This document shows, piece after piece, positions 29,109 through 39,234 of a stretch of DNA of 64,000 nucleotides. The notes beneath the pieces were generated by a model. That model saw only the letters and a list, made by a program, of their open reading frames with translations. It searched no databases and was not told the origin of the DNA. The position numbers and the translations under genes are program-made. The stretch comes from an uncultured Verrucomicrobiae bacterium. Lineage in GTDB: Bacteria > Verrucomicrobiota > Verrucomicrobiia > Chthoniobacterales > UBA10450. Location: contig CAVYXA010000005.1 in assembly GCA_963772365.1 (NCBI GenBank), positions 32,001 to 96,000 on the forward strand, read 5' to 3'. Each line of letters opens with the position of its first letter. Positions within the stretch are counted from its first letter, which is position 1.

Positions 29109-30652
29109 GAACGGAAGAAGTCCATAGTCTGATCCTGGGCGCGGGGACTTCTGGTCTTGCCGCTGGACACGTCCTAGCAAAGGCCGGCCTTAATCCCGTG
29201 ATCCTGGAAAAAGATTCCGCGCCTGGCGGTTTATTTCGATCCATTCAGAGGGGCGACTTCGTCGTCGATATCGGCCGCAAGGAATTATACAATCGGATTG
29301 CCAAGGTTGATGCGTTCTGGAGCGAGCTTCTGGGAGGCGATTATCGCGACTATTCCCATCGCGGCGGGATCCTCTTCAACGGACATATCATCGACATGTC
29401 CCCGGCCTTTCGCGGATTTCGCCGCGGTATGCCATGGACCATGTTGCTTGGATGCGGTCTTGATTTTCTCTGGTCGCGCGCCAGACCGAGTAAACCTGCG
29501 CCGCGAAATCTCGAAACCTACTTTTACCAAAAACGTGGACGCCGTCTTACCCAGATCGCCGCGCAAGGTTTTCAGGAAAAACTGAATGGACACAAATGGT
29601 CGGAGATCGCCCTCGCGGAAAACTATAAGAACGGCGCCGACGCCAGTTTCTTTTCAACCGTCAGTGGCCTGGTCACACGCATCACTTCTCGAAGGGAAGT
29701 GAACACCTACAAAGGGATCTGGCGGCATCCCGCCAAAGGCACTGGCCAAATTTGCGAGAAACTAGCGGAACATATCCTTAAGCTGGGAGGAGTGATTCAC
29801 TACAAGGCGCAAGTCACGGCAATGGCCTGCGTTTCTGATGACGGACGGCAGAGGGCAGAGGACAGAGGACAGAGGACAGATGTCAGAACTCAGTCGTCAA
29901 TCGTCAGTCATCAGTCATCCGGTCAGCGCATTGACACAGTTACCGCGCAGATCGGTGAGGAAACGATCTGTTTCAAGCCATCGCACGTTGTCTCCAGCAT
30001 CCCCCCCGGATTGCTCAAGCGTTTTTTGTACACAGGTGCGGCGTCTCCGTCATCAGCCATCGGTCCTCAGTCGTCTGCTGCGAGTGCGCCAAAGCGCACT
30101 GTGATCCTCGTCTATTTGTTCCTGAACGAGGAACCACGTTTCCCACACGCCTGGCTCCAGGTAACTTGTCCGAGCACACAAATTGGCCGGATCACCAATT
30201 ACGCTGCGTTCAGTCGCGACATGGTCCCACAGGGCAAAACCTGCCTTTGCTGCGAGCTGTATTGCTTCGGGCCGGACGAACTCCTCGAAATGAACGACCA
30301 GGCAATTGTCGATCTTACACTTTCCGACTGCGCGAAGTCGGGCCTGCTGGATCGGGCAAAATGCTTTGATCATCTGGTTTTGCGGCTTCCGGGCGCAGAC
30401 GCATCGCAAAACCGGGACAACTGGATGAGCCCGGAGCGGATGAAGCTCCTGTCTGAGCTGGAGCAGTTCAAAAATCTGTACTACGTCAATCGCACCGAGA
30501 CAGACATTGCCACCTTGGCCGGGTTGGAAGCCGCCGAATCGATTGTGTCGGGTGACCGGACACATTTCGATCGGCGGGTCGATCCCGCCGAACTGGGGAT
30601 CAGGAGCGAATCCAAAGCCTTCGAATTCCAACTCCCCGTCGTGTCCGAGTGA
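29105..30652 (+). CDS. FAD-dependent oxidoreductase (protoporphyrinogen oxidase/UGM-like) with in-frame repeat inserts
   Basis: ILGAGTSGLAAG...LEKD..PGG Rossmann motif. Confidence 0.8.
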   Translation: MRTEEVHSLILGAGTSGLAAGHVLAKAGLNPVILEKDSAPGGLFRSIQRGDFVVDIGRKELYNRIAKVDAFWSELLGGDYRDYSHRGGILFNGHIIDMSPAFRGFRRGMPWTMLLGCGLDFLWSRARPSKPAPRNLETYFYQKRGRRLTQIAAQGFQEKLNGHKWSEIALAENYKNGADASFFSTVSGLVTRITSRREVNTYKGIWRHPAKGTGQICEKLAEHILKLGGVIHYKAQVTAMACVSDDGRQRAEDRGQRTDVRTQSSIVSHQSSGQRIDTVTAQIGEETICFKPSHVVSSIPPGLLKRFLYTGAASPSSAIGPQSSAASAPKRTVILVYLFLNEEPRFPHAWLQVTCPSTQIGRITNYAAFSRDMVPQGKTCLCCELYCFGPDELLEMNDQAIVDLTLSDCAKSGLLDRAKCFDHLVLRLPGADASQNRDNWMSPERMKLLSELEQFKNLYYVNRTETDIATLAGLEAAESIVSGDRTHFDRRVDPAELGIRSESKAFEFQLPVVSE

Positions 30653-30744
30653 TCCGTCCTCCGTCCTCTGACTTCTGACTTGTGTCGTGTGTCGCCCATC
30701 CGTCCTCTGAACACTGACCTCTGACATCTGATCTCTGAAATAGA

Positions 30745-32136
30745 ATGCCTCCCCAACTGGCATTAGTTATAACGCTCGTTTTCGTTGCCTGGTTATTCTG
30801 GCGTGACATTGGCGAGAAGCCAAACATCACAGGCGCGATCTGGCTGCCTACGATATGGATGTTCCTCGTCGCTTCGAAAGCTCCTTCTAAATGGCTTAGC
30901 ATCCTGGGTTTTCCTGGCCTTATGGCCACTTCCACCGAAGAGGGAAGCTCGTTTGACGCTGCAACGTTGCTCGTTTTGATTGCTTTGGGCATTTGGGTTT
31001 TGGCCAAACGGCGAGTCGGTCTGACCGAGTTTGTTCGGGATAATCCGTGGCTTACCCTGTTCATCTTCTACTGTTTTCTCGCCACGTTTTGGGCGGATTT
31101 ACCTTATGTTTCTTTTAAGCGCTGGATCAAAATATTGGGTCACCCTGTGATGGTTTTGGTCCTATTTACGGAGCCGAACCCGATGGAGGCGTTTACTCGG
31201 ACGGTCAAACGCTGTGCTTACGTGATTCTGCCTGTCTCAATTCTTTGGATAAAATATTTTCTCCATCTCGGTCGCAAGACTGGCGAGTGGGGAGGATCGG
31301 CAAACTGCGGTGTTGCTGCAGGGGCAAATGCTCTGGCTGGTACTTGCATGCTATTAGCGCTGTTCTTCTTGTGGTATGGACTCCAATTGCTTCAGACAGA
31401 TAAGACCCGATGGCGGCGCAACGAAATTCGCCTCGTTGTTTTCCTGCTTTGGATGACTGGGTATTGCTTGGTGAAGGCAGGCAGTGCAAACGCCGATTTG
31501 TCCCTTGTAATTGGGATAGGGACGATGGTCTTTATTAGTTTGCGCTCCGTTAACAAAAAGCAGATTGGCGCCTACGCTCTCGCGGCAATTATTGCGTTCG
31601 TCGTGGCACAGATGACATTTGATGTTTACGGAATCATAGTAGGGCTAACTGGACATCAGACCACGATAGAAGGACGAGGCAGGCTCTGGCAGACATTGCT
31701 GGAAAGTGACACGAATCCACTTTTCGGAGTAGGATTTGAAGCCTATTGGCTCGGTGAGCGTGCCGAAAGGATTTGGGCAATGCCGGAATTTTGGTGGCAC
31801 CCAACGCAGGCCCACAATGGCTATCTTGAGTTGTATCTAAATCTCGGAATCATCGGCATCCTGATCTTCTTTGGGGTGATTGTGGCCGGCTTCCGGAAAA
31901 TTCGCCGCGACCTTCTGATAGATTTTGAGTGGGGAAGATTTGAAATAGCCTCTTTCGTCGCGATTTTGCTTCACAATTGGACCGAGGCGAGCTTCAAGGG
32001 CCTGGACTTCTCATTTTTTTTCTTCTTCATCCTGGCGGTGAACTGGTCGAGGGCTGCAATGCCGTCTGGCGTGGATGTGGCATGGGAAACCGAAAATGCA
32101 GAGCTCTACGATAGCGTAAGGATGTCGCATGCTTGA
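30745..32136 (+). CDS. O-antigen ligase/Wzy-type polymerase
   Basis: Multi-TM; GRGRLW, NPLFGVGFEAYW, QAHNGYLELYLNLGIIG. Confidence 0.85.
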   Translation: MPPQLALVITLVFVAWLFWRDIGEKPNITGAIWLPTIWMFLVASKAPSKWLSILGFPGLMATSTEEGSSFDAATLLVLIALGIWVLAKRRVGLTEFVRDNPWLTLFIFYCFLATFWADLPYVSFKRWIKILGHPVMVLVLFTEPNPMEAFTRTVKRCAYVILPVSILWIKYFLHLGRKTGEWGGSANCGVAAGANALAGTCMLLALFFLWYGLQLLQTDKTRWRRNEIRLVVFLLWMTGYCLVKAGSANADLSLVIGIGTMVFISLRSVNKKQIGAYALAAIIAFVVAQMTFDVYGIIVGLTGHQTTIEGRGRLWQTLLESDTNPLFGVGFEAYWLGERAERIWAMPEFWWHPTQAHNGYLELYLNLGIIGILIFFGVIVAGFRKIRRDLLIDFEWGRFEIASFVAILLHNWTEASFKGLDFSFFFFFILAVNWSRAAMPSGVDVAWETENAELYDSVRMSHA

Positions 32137-33592
32137 ACGGGCGATTGTCTTGTTGGCAGGGATTGCGATTGGATTTTGCGAGACTGCGAGCGGGGCGCCG
32201 ATTAAATCAAAGAGTCCATCGCGGCCTGATGTTGCTGCAGCGATTGAGTCGGCGAATGATGGCGATACGATCGAGATTCCGGCGGGAACAGCAGACTGGG
32301 ACAAAACAGTGAACGTGACCAAAGGCGTTACGATTCAAGGTGCCGGGATTGGGCAGACAATCATCCAGGATAACGTGCTCGGGACAAAGCGGGACACCTC
32401 TTCTCTCCTCAATTTGTGCACGGTAAAAAGCAAATTGTACCGGGTAACGGGAATTGAGTTCGCGCCGGCGAAGGCAATAACAGGCGATAACCGGCACGGA
32501 GGGAAAGGCATGGTTCGCATCGCGGGCGACTCCGTCAGCGTCAGGATCGATCATTGCAAGTTTGTCAGCGTAGCGAATCGAGGATGTGCTTTCTTCAATG
32601 CCGCCTTGGGTGTGATAGATCATTGCGAGTTCGTCGGGAAAGGAGTTATCGTCAATCATCAAGAGTGGGGCGGGGGTCAGTTCGGGGATCAATCCTTTGC
32701 CGATGATGCTAACTTCGGATCAGCGGATGCAGTTTACGTCGAGGACTGCAAATTCGTTCGTGCCGTCATGGATGCTCAGGGCGGGTCCCGGTACGTTTTT
32801 AGACACAATATGGTTATTGACGGAACGGTTGTGACTCACGGTTCTGAAACCAAGGGCCCGCTTCGCGGCACACGGATGTTTGAGATTTACGACAATATAT
32901 TCACGTCTAATCACTACAGAACAAATGCCGTTTTTATACGTAGTGGGAGCGGTGTGATTTTCAATAATACCGTCTCGAACTACAAAAATTTCTGCATGTT
33001 GAACCATTACCGTGCCCTGCACGATCATTTCTATTGGGGGATCAGCGATGGCCGTTCGCCATGGGATGACAACTTGCCCGGGGGGCCTTTCGAAAAGGGC
33101 ACCCATACGGGCGAAAACGATTCGAAAAACCTTACCGATGCGACCAAAAATTGGCAGTCAAATCAATGGGTTGGTTATTCGATACTTAACACAACGACTG
33201 GTCGCGCTTCAGTCGTGATGTCCAACAACAGCAACACCATTCTCGAATGGCCGGAAGCTGGTCATATCCCGAGTCAGGGAGGTGGTCACATGATGACGTT
33301 CAATAAGGGAGATTCTTACGAATTTTGGCGGATCAGAAATGCAATGGACATGCCCGGAATGGGGAAATCGGATCTGCTCGCGCCCCCGAAACATCCCAGG
33401 ATTGGTTTTCCGCATCAGGCGATCGAAGGGATCTACGGCTGGAACAACAAAATGAACGGCGCTCCTGCCAGGATCATTTGTCCGAAATATCCATTTATCG
33501 TCGAAAGTGTGCATTATTTTAATGATAAGCAGAAGCCCGGCTACAAACCGTTCGTATATCCCCACCCGTTGACAAAGGATGTATCCAGATGA
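32129..33592 (+). CDS. Secreted right-handed beta-helix (pectin lyase-like) protein
   Basis: Signal peptide, GDTIEIPAG, TIQGAG, RIDHC/VIDHC, EIYDN. Confidence 0.7.
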   Translation: MLERAIVLLAGIAIGFCETASGAPIKSKSPSRPDVAAAIESANDGDTIEIPAGTADWDKTVNVTKGVTIQGAGIGQTIIQDNVLGTKRDTSSLLNLCTVKSKLYRVTGIEFAPAKAITGDNRHGGKGMVRIAGDSVSVRIDHCKFVSVANRGCAFFNAALGVIDHCEFVGKGVIVNHQEWGGGQFGDQSFADDANFGSADAVYVEDCKFVRAVMDAQGGSRYVFRHNMVIDGTVVTHGSETKGPLRGTRMFEIYDNIFTSNHYRTNAVFIRSGSGVIFNNTVSNYKNFCMLNHYRALHDHFYWGISDGRSPWDDNLPGGPFEKGTHTGENDSKNLTDATKNWQSNQWVGYSILNTTTGRASVVMSNNSNTILEWPEAGHIPSQGGGHMMTFNKGDSYEFWRIRNAMDMPGMGKSDLLAPPKHPRIGFPHQAIEGIYGWNNKMNGAPARIICPKYPFIVESVHYFNDKQKPGYKPFVYPHPLTKDVSR

Positions 33593-33653
33593 GCGCGGGG
33601 CACCGTCGTCACGGTGAAACTCGCCGGAGCGGAGCAGCTCGAAGTTCCATAAT

Positions 33654-33669
33654 TGGCATATTCACTGCT
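33654..33669 (+). promoter_or_regulatory. Putative sigma-54 promoter
   Basis: TGGCATATTCACTGCT (GG-N10-GC) just upstream of 33693. Confidence 0.5.
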
Positions 33670-33692
33670 ATTTCTGCCATGGTCTATCTCGC

Positions 33693-35264
33693 ATGCGCAC
33701 TTTGGAAAGCCTCAGTTCGGGCCACTTTAATTTAGTAATTGCCCGCTTTGCCTTACGACTGACCAGCGTCGTATTTATCTTGGGAATTTTCTTCAGCTCA
33801 GCCCACATGGACGCGGGCATCGTCAGTGCGGCTAGCGCAGCTTATGCGGATGTTGCCGCCGCCATCACCGCTGCCTCAGAAGGGGACACAGTGACCATTC
33901 CTGCCGGAACCGCACAATGGGACGCGACACTGACGGTTACCAAGGCCGTAACGATACAAGGCGCCGGAGTCGGCCTAACGATTCTTCGCGACAATGCTCC
34001 CGGCAGCGGCAATGACAATTCATCCATTTTCAACCTCTCTACCGTTGCCGACAGATTCTATCGTATCACAGGAATCGAGTTTACCCAGGGAGACCGCATC
34101 GCTCCGCTCACAAAGGGATTAGTCCGGGTCGCAGGCTTTACGAGCACTTTCAGAATTGATCACTGTCGTTTTGCCACCGGCACAAATAGAGCGATTACCG
34201 TTGCCGACGCTGCGATTGGCGTGATCGACCATTGCGAATTGGTAAGGACTAGCGGACCCATCGGAGAGTCTGAAATTGTTGTAAATCATGAACAATGGGG
34301 TGGCGGCAGCTTTGGCCATCAATCCTTTGCCGATCCATCGTTTCAGGGAACGGAGAAAGCCGTTTACATCGAAGATTGCACGCTTACGGGTGCAGCCATC
34401 GATGCTCAAGGAGGTTCACGCTACGTCATTCGCCATTGTAATGCGACAAATGCGATGCTGGTGACGCATGGATCGGAGTCGGCCAGCGGCCCCGTCCGGG
34501 GAACGCGGTGGTTTGAAATATATGACAATACTGTCACTGCAGGACCCGATACGAGCACTAATGCCATTCTCATTCGGAGCGGTGGTGGAGTTATTTTCAA
34601 CAATCAGGCATACGGCTGGGGGAAGTTCTGCCGTTTGGTCCGTTACGCATCGGCGCACGACAACTACTACTGGGGCATCAGTGATGGCACGTCGGCTTGG
34701 GATGACAATCAAGCTGACGGTCCATTCCAAAGCGGCACGCACACAGGAGGCAACAACTCCACCTCGATGACGGATTCGACTAAGAACTGGACACCGGACC
34801 AGTGGGTTGGCTACTCAATCCACAATACCACGAGCGGGCGTGCATCCATTGTCATCTCCAATACGTCCAACGCTGTTACTGGCTGGCCTGCTGCAACACA
34901 GGTTCCAAGCCAGGGCGGAGGAACGATGATGACGTTCAATACCGGCGACCATTACGAATTTTGGAAGATCAACAACGGAATGGACATGCCGGGCATGGGA
35001 AGATGCGATTTACTCACTCCACCCGATAACCCAACGCCCGGTTTTCCTCATCAAGTAATCGAGGGCATCTACGGCTGGAACAATACTCTCAACGGCGGTC
35101 CTGGACCAATCGTCGTAAACGAATACAAGTGCATCCGAGAAGGGGTGCACTTTTTTAATGATACTCAAAAGCCTGGTTATACTCCCTACGTCTACCCGCA
35201 CCCGCTCGTAACTGGGGAGCCCCCGCCGCCGGGCGCGCCAGAACATCTAAGGGTTCAGCCGTAG
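33693..35264 (+). CDS. Secreted beta-helix protein, tandem paralog of 32129..33592
   Basis: Shared blocks DAQGGSRYV, THGSE, WGISDG, PSQGGG, MDMPGMG, YPHPL. Confidence 0.75.
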   Translation: MRTLESLSSGHFNLVIARFALRLTSVVFILGIFFSSAHMDAGIVSAASAAYADVAAAITAASEGDTVTIPAGTAQWDATLTVTKAVTIQGAGVGLTILRDNAPGSGNDNSSIFNLSTVADRFYRITGIEFTQGDRIAPLTKGLVRVAGFTSTFRIDHCRFATGTNRAITVADAAIGVIDHCELVRTSGPIGESEIVVNHEQWGGGSFGHQSFADPSFQGTEKAVYIEDCTLTGAAIDAQGGSRYVIRHCNATNAMLVTHGSESASGPVRGTRWFEIYDNTVTAGPDTSTNAILIRSGGGVIFNNQAYGWGKFCRLVRYASAHDNYYWGISDGTSAWDDNQADGPFQSGTHTGGNNSTSMTDSTKNWTPDQWVGYSIHNTTSGRASIVISNTSNAVTGWPAATQVPSQGGGTMMTFNTGDHYEFWKINNGMDMPGMGRCDLLTPPDNPTPGFPHQVIEGIYGWNNTLNGGPGPIVVNEYKCIREGVHFFNDTQKPGYTPYVYPHPLVTGEPPPPGAPEHLRVQP

Positions 35265-35451
35265 TGCTGTATCGTAGATAGAGATCGGAGATCGCAGTTA
35301 GGGACTATTAACGGACTACGGACCACCGACCACTGACGACAGACTTCTGGCAGATGGAAGATTGTCCGCCTTCGTCCGGCTGCTGCCGAACTACGGCGAG
35401 GCGAGAGCTACTGCGCGATAAACAGACCGCCGCTACAGCAGCTACAGCAAT

Positions 35452-36588
35452 ATGAGACCGGAGCGCATCATTTCGCCAGACGACCGGATTCTGGTGACTG
35501 GATCGAGCGGCTTTATTGGAACAAGGGTTGTCCGGATTCTGCTCGAATATGGGTTCACCAGAGTTCGCTGCTTCGTTCGTCCCTCCAGCCATCTCGGCCG
35601 GCTCAAAAAGGTTCTCAGCGAATTCGATCTCGGAGAGAATGTTGAGATTGTTACCGGCGATCTTCTTTCCGCTGAAGATTGCCGGAAGGCGACAGAAGGA
35701 GTGTCGCTGATTTATCATCTGGCGGTTGGGATCGAGAAATCATTCGCCGGCGCGTTCATGAATTCGGTCTTGACCACTCGAAACCTGATTGAGGCGCTCC
35801 TTGAGGTTGGCAAACCGAAGAGATTCATAAACGTCAGCTCATTCGCAGTTTATTCGAACCTGCTCTTAAACCACGGAAGCGTGTTGGATGAAACCTGTGA
35901 ATTGGAGGATGCCTCGCAGGATCGCTTTGACGCCTACGGATTCGGAAAGCTGAAACAGGAGCAGTTAGTCAAAGAGTACGGAACAAAGTGTAATCTACCC
36001 TATGTCATTGTTCGTCCGGGTTACGTTTTCGGACCCGGCAAAAAAGAACTCAGCGGCCGGGTCGGTATCAAAACATTTGGGCCGTTCATCCAGGTAAACG
36101 GTTCCCATAGGTTGCCGATTACCTACGTGGACAACTGCGCTGAGGCGATCGTCCTCGCGGGTCTCAAACCGGGCATCGACGGCGAAGTCTTCAACGTGGT
36201 GGATGATGAGCTTGTGACTGCCCGGAAATTTTTGAGAGCATGCAAACGAGTGAAACGCTTTCGTTCGGTCCGCGTTCCTTATTGGGTTGGGTACAGCGGA
36301 TGTTTCCTTTGGGAAAAATATTCCCGATGGTCCAAAGGCCAGCTTCCTCCGGTTTTTAATCGACGGCGATGTGTCGCCGAATGGAGGAGCCAACGGTACT
36401 CCAATCAAAAGCTAAAGGACCGTGTCGGGTGGAAGCCGCGCGTGCCAATGAAGGAAGCGATGGCGCGTTTTCTGAGTCAGTTCGAGTCAGAAAACGCGCA
36501 GAGGTCAGATATCAGAGATCAGAGGTCGGGAATCGGATATCAGTCGACAGATGTCAGACTTCAGCAGCAGAACGGCAATGCAGATTAA
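35452..36588 (+). CDS. NAD-dependent epimerase/dehydratase
   Basis: LVTGSSGFIG, YGFGK (YxxxK), RPGYVFGPG; repeat-derived C-terminal tail. Confidence 0.9.
   Translation: MRPERIISPDDRILVTGSSGFIGTRVVRILLEYGFTRVRCFVRPSSHLGRLKKVLSEFDLGENVEIVTGDLLSAEDCRKATEGVSLIYHLAVGIEKSFAGAFMNSVLTTRNLIEALLEVGKPKRFINVSSFAVYSNLLLNHGSVLDETCELEDASQDRFDAYGFGKLKQEQLVKEYGTKCNLPYVIVRPGYVFGPGKKELSGRVGIKTFGPFIQVNGSHRLPITYVDNCAEAIVLAGLKPGIDGEVFNVVDDELVTARKFLRACKRVKRFRSVRVPYWVGYSGCFLWEKYSRWSKGQLPPVFNRRRCVAEWRSQRYSNQKLKDRVGWKPRVPMKEAMARFLSQFESENAQRSDIRDQRSGIGYQSTDVRLQQQNGNAD
36498..36567 (+). repeat. Heptamer array, left arm (TCAGANN x10)
   Basis: gcagagg tcagata tcagaga tcagagg tcgggaa tcggata tcagtcg acagatg tcagact tcagcag. 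Confidence 0.9.
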
Positions 36589-36967
36589 GTCAGCGAAGGA
36601 TCTAATTGTTTATCAGAAAGCGTACACGCTGGCGATGGAGATCTTTCACGTAAGCAAAAGCTTTCCTGCCGAAGAGAAGTATTCGCTCACGGATCAGATC
36701 CGCCGTTCCTCTCGGTCGGTTTGTACCAACATTCGAGAGGCATGGGCCAAGCGAAGATACGAGGCGCATTTTGTAAGCAAACTATCGGACTCCGATGGTG
36801 AAAACGCCGAGACGGATACCTGGCTGGATTTTGCGCGCGATTGTGGATACCTCCCGACACCTGATCACACCCTTTTGATAGACAAATGCAGTGAAGTTGG
36901 AGCGATGCTTGGCAGCATGATGAGCAATCCTTCGTCGTTTATCATCCGCTCGGCTTCTGACGCCTGA
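36578..36967 (+). CDS. Four helix bundle protein (23S rRNA IVP / bAvd-like family)
   Basis: DLIVYQKAY, FPAEEKYSLTDQIRRSSRSVCTNIREAW, ETDTWLDFA. Confidence 0.92.
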   Translation: MQIKSAKDLIVYQKAYTLAMEIFHVSKSFPAEEKYSLTDQIRRSSRSVCTNIREAWAKRRYEAHFVSKLSDSDGENAETDTWLDFARDCGYLPTPDHTLLIDKCSEVGAMLGSMMSNPSSFIIRSASDA

Positions 36968-37004
36968 CCTCTGACTTCTGATCTCTGATTTCTGACATCT
37001 GAGG
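36956..37004 (+). repeat. Heptamer array, right arm (TCTGAYN x7), inverted relative to the left arm
   Basis: tctgacg cctgacc tctgact tctgatc tctgatt tctgaca tctgagg. Confidence 0.9.
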
Positions 37005-37007
37005 ACA

Positions 37008-38214
37008 ATGCTACGCATTGCCATAATCGGTTGCGGCAAGATTGCCGATGACCACGTGCAGGCTATCCAGAGGATTTCGGATTGCGAAATCGTGGCTGTC
37101 TGCGATCGGGAACCGCTCATGGCGAAACAGCTTGGCGAACGCTTTGGTGTGCCGGAATGCTTTACCGATTTGAAAGAGATGCTTCGAGTGACAAAACCCG
37201 ACGTTGTTCACATTACTACGCCGCCGCAAAGCCATTACTCTATTGGCAAACAATGTTTGGAAGCGGGAAGTCATGTTTATCTCGAAAAACCGTTCACGAT
37301 CACAGCTGATTCAGCTGAATCTTTAATCCAACTAAGCGAAAAACTGCGCAGGAAAGTAACGGTCGGGCACAACGGGCAGTTTACGCTCGAGATGATGGAG
37401 ATGCGCCGACTAGTCAACCGAGGATTTTTAGGCGGGGAGCCAGTTCATTTGGAAAGTTACTTTTATTATGACCTCGGTGATGGCAGCTCTACGACCTCGC
37501 TGTTATCTAATCCGGAGCATTGGGTGCATCAATTGCCTGGCCGACTACTTCACAATGTTATTAGCCACGGAATTGCCAAGATTGCTGAGTTTCTCGACGA
37601 CGAAATTGTCGAAACAATAGCCATAGCCAATAAGAGCCCGCGGATTCAAGCAGTTACTGGAGCGGAAATGCTTGATGAATTGCGCGTTCTGATTCGGGAC
37701 AAGCGTGAAACGACGGCGCTATTCTCTTTCTCGACGCAGATCAAAGGGCTCAACCAGTTGCGTCTTTATGGATCGACTGGATCTATCAGCGTAGATCATT
37801 TCGCCGGAAGCGTGGTTCGAAGTACAGAATCGATCGTATAAGAGCTACCTGACCTATGTTATTCCGCCGCTCCTTGCCGCGCGCGAACATCTCAGAAACG
37901 CGTGCATCAACATGATCAATTTTGGCCGAAGAAGGCTCTACCAGGATTTCGGAATGAAAGAGTTGATTGAGCGATTCTATAACAGTATCCGATCGAACGG
38001 CCCGCCGCCAATTCCCTATCGCGAGATTCTGCTCACCGCGCGGATCATGGATTGTATCTTCCGCCAAATCTACCCCAACCGGACGACGGAAGACGGACGA
38101 CAGACGACGGAAAATGGGGAGCAAGACGGAGTACGGACGGTCGACGACCGAGTACGGACGACAGCGGACGGAGATCGGAAAGAGGTCCTCGGTCATCCGT
38201 CATCAGCCATCTGA
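37008..38214 (+). CDS. Gfo/Idh/MocA oxidoreductase, frameshift near 37830
   Basis: IIGCGKIA, GSHVYLEKP; continuation FYNSIRSNGPPPIPY in another frame, ending in a repeat-derived tail. Confidence 0.8.
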
Positions 38215-38272
38215 TTGCTCCGGCTGATCGCTGATCGCTGACTTCTGACCTCTGATTTCTGAAACAAGCACC

Positions 38273-39232
38273 ATGCGCTACGTGTTGATTACTCCCGCGC
38301 ACAATGAGGCGCGTTTTATTACTAAAACGCTCGACTCAATGGCTGCGCAGACCCTCTTGCCCGAGCGCTGGATCATCGTCGATGATGGTTCAACGGACAG
38401 GACCGCGGAGATCGTCGGGACTTACGTACGGCGTTATCCTTGGATAGAGTTGATTCGGCGTCACCAACGCAAGGACCGAAACTTTGCCGGCAAAGTCCAT
38501 GCTTTCAACGCCGGATATTCGTCACTTGTCACTCATCACCCATCACTCTCCTTCGACGTCGTCGGGAATCTGGATGGCGACCTTTCTTTTCCGCCGGATT
38601 ATCTGGAGTTCCTGATACAAAAATTCGCCGAAGATTTCAGACTCGGTGTGGCTGGCACTCCGTTCACAGAGGATGGCGGTTACGACACCGCCAGGGATAG
38701 CTTTGAAGGAGAAAATTATGTCGCCGGTGGTTGCCAGTTATTCCGGCGCGCATGTTTCGAGGAGATCGGCGGCTACGTCCCCAATGCCGCCGGTGGTTTG
38801 GATTGGATCGCAGTCACCATGGCGCGGATGAAAGGATGGAAGGTGCGCTCCTTTTCGGAAAAACGATTTCATCATTACCGAACGCTGGGGACAGCGCAGC
38901 GGAATCAGTTCTCTGCTCTATTCTCCTACGGGGAAAGGGCTTATTACCTCGGCTGGTCGCCGATCTGGCAATTCGTTCGCTGCGTTTATCGCATGACTAG
39001 AAAACCGATCTTCTTCGGTGGCCTGGCCCTGCTCTCTGGTTACTGCTGGGCTGCTGTAAAGCGAACCAAACGCCCGGTGTCATCGGAAATCATTCGCTTC
39101 CATCGCCGCGAACAAATACGAAGACTTCGCGGCATTCTCGGACGCGTGTTGCGACTCAAAAAGATCGACAATTTTCGTTTAGAGCGTTCGGCTTCCGTCT
39201 CCGATCTTCCATCTTCGATCTCCGGTCGTTAA
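38273..39232 (+). CDS. Glycosyltransferase family 2
   Basis: ITPAHNEA, IIVDDGSTDRT, LDGD. Confidence 0.92.
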   Translation: MRYVLITPAHNEARFITKTLDSMAAQTLLPERWIIVDDGSTDRTAEIVGTYVRRYPWIELIRRHQRKDRNFAGKVHAFNAGYSSLVTHHPSLSFDVVGNLDGDLSFPPDYLEFLIQKFAEDFRLGVAGTPFTEDGGYDTARDSFEGENYVAGGCQLFRRACFEEIGGYVPNAAGGLDWIAVTMARMKGWKVRSFSEKRFHHYRTLGTAQRNQFSALFSYGERAYYLGWSPIWQFVRCVYRMTRKPIFFGGLALLSGYCWAAVKRTKRPVSSEIIRFHRREQIRRLRGILGRVLRLKKIDNFRLERSASVSDLPSSISGR

Positions 39233-39234
39233 GA

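Noticed and set aside
36498..37004. CRISPR array
   Set aside because: Units are 7-nt tandem repeats with no unique spacers, and no cas genes are in the window
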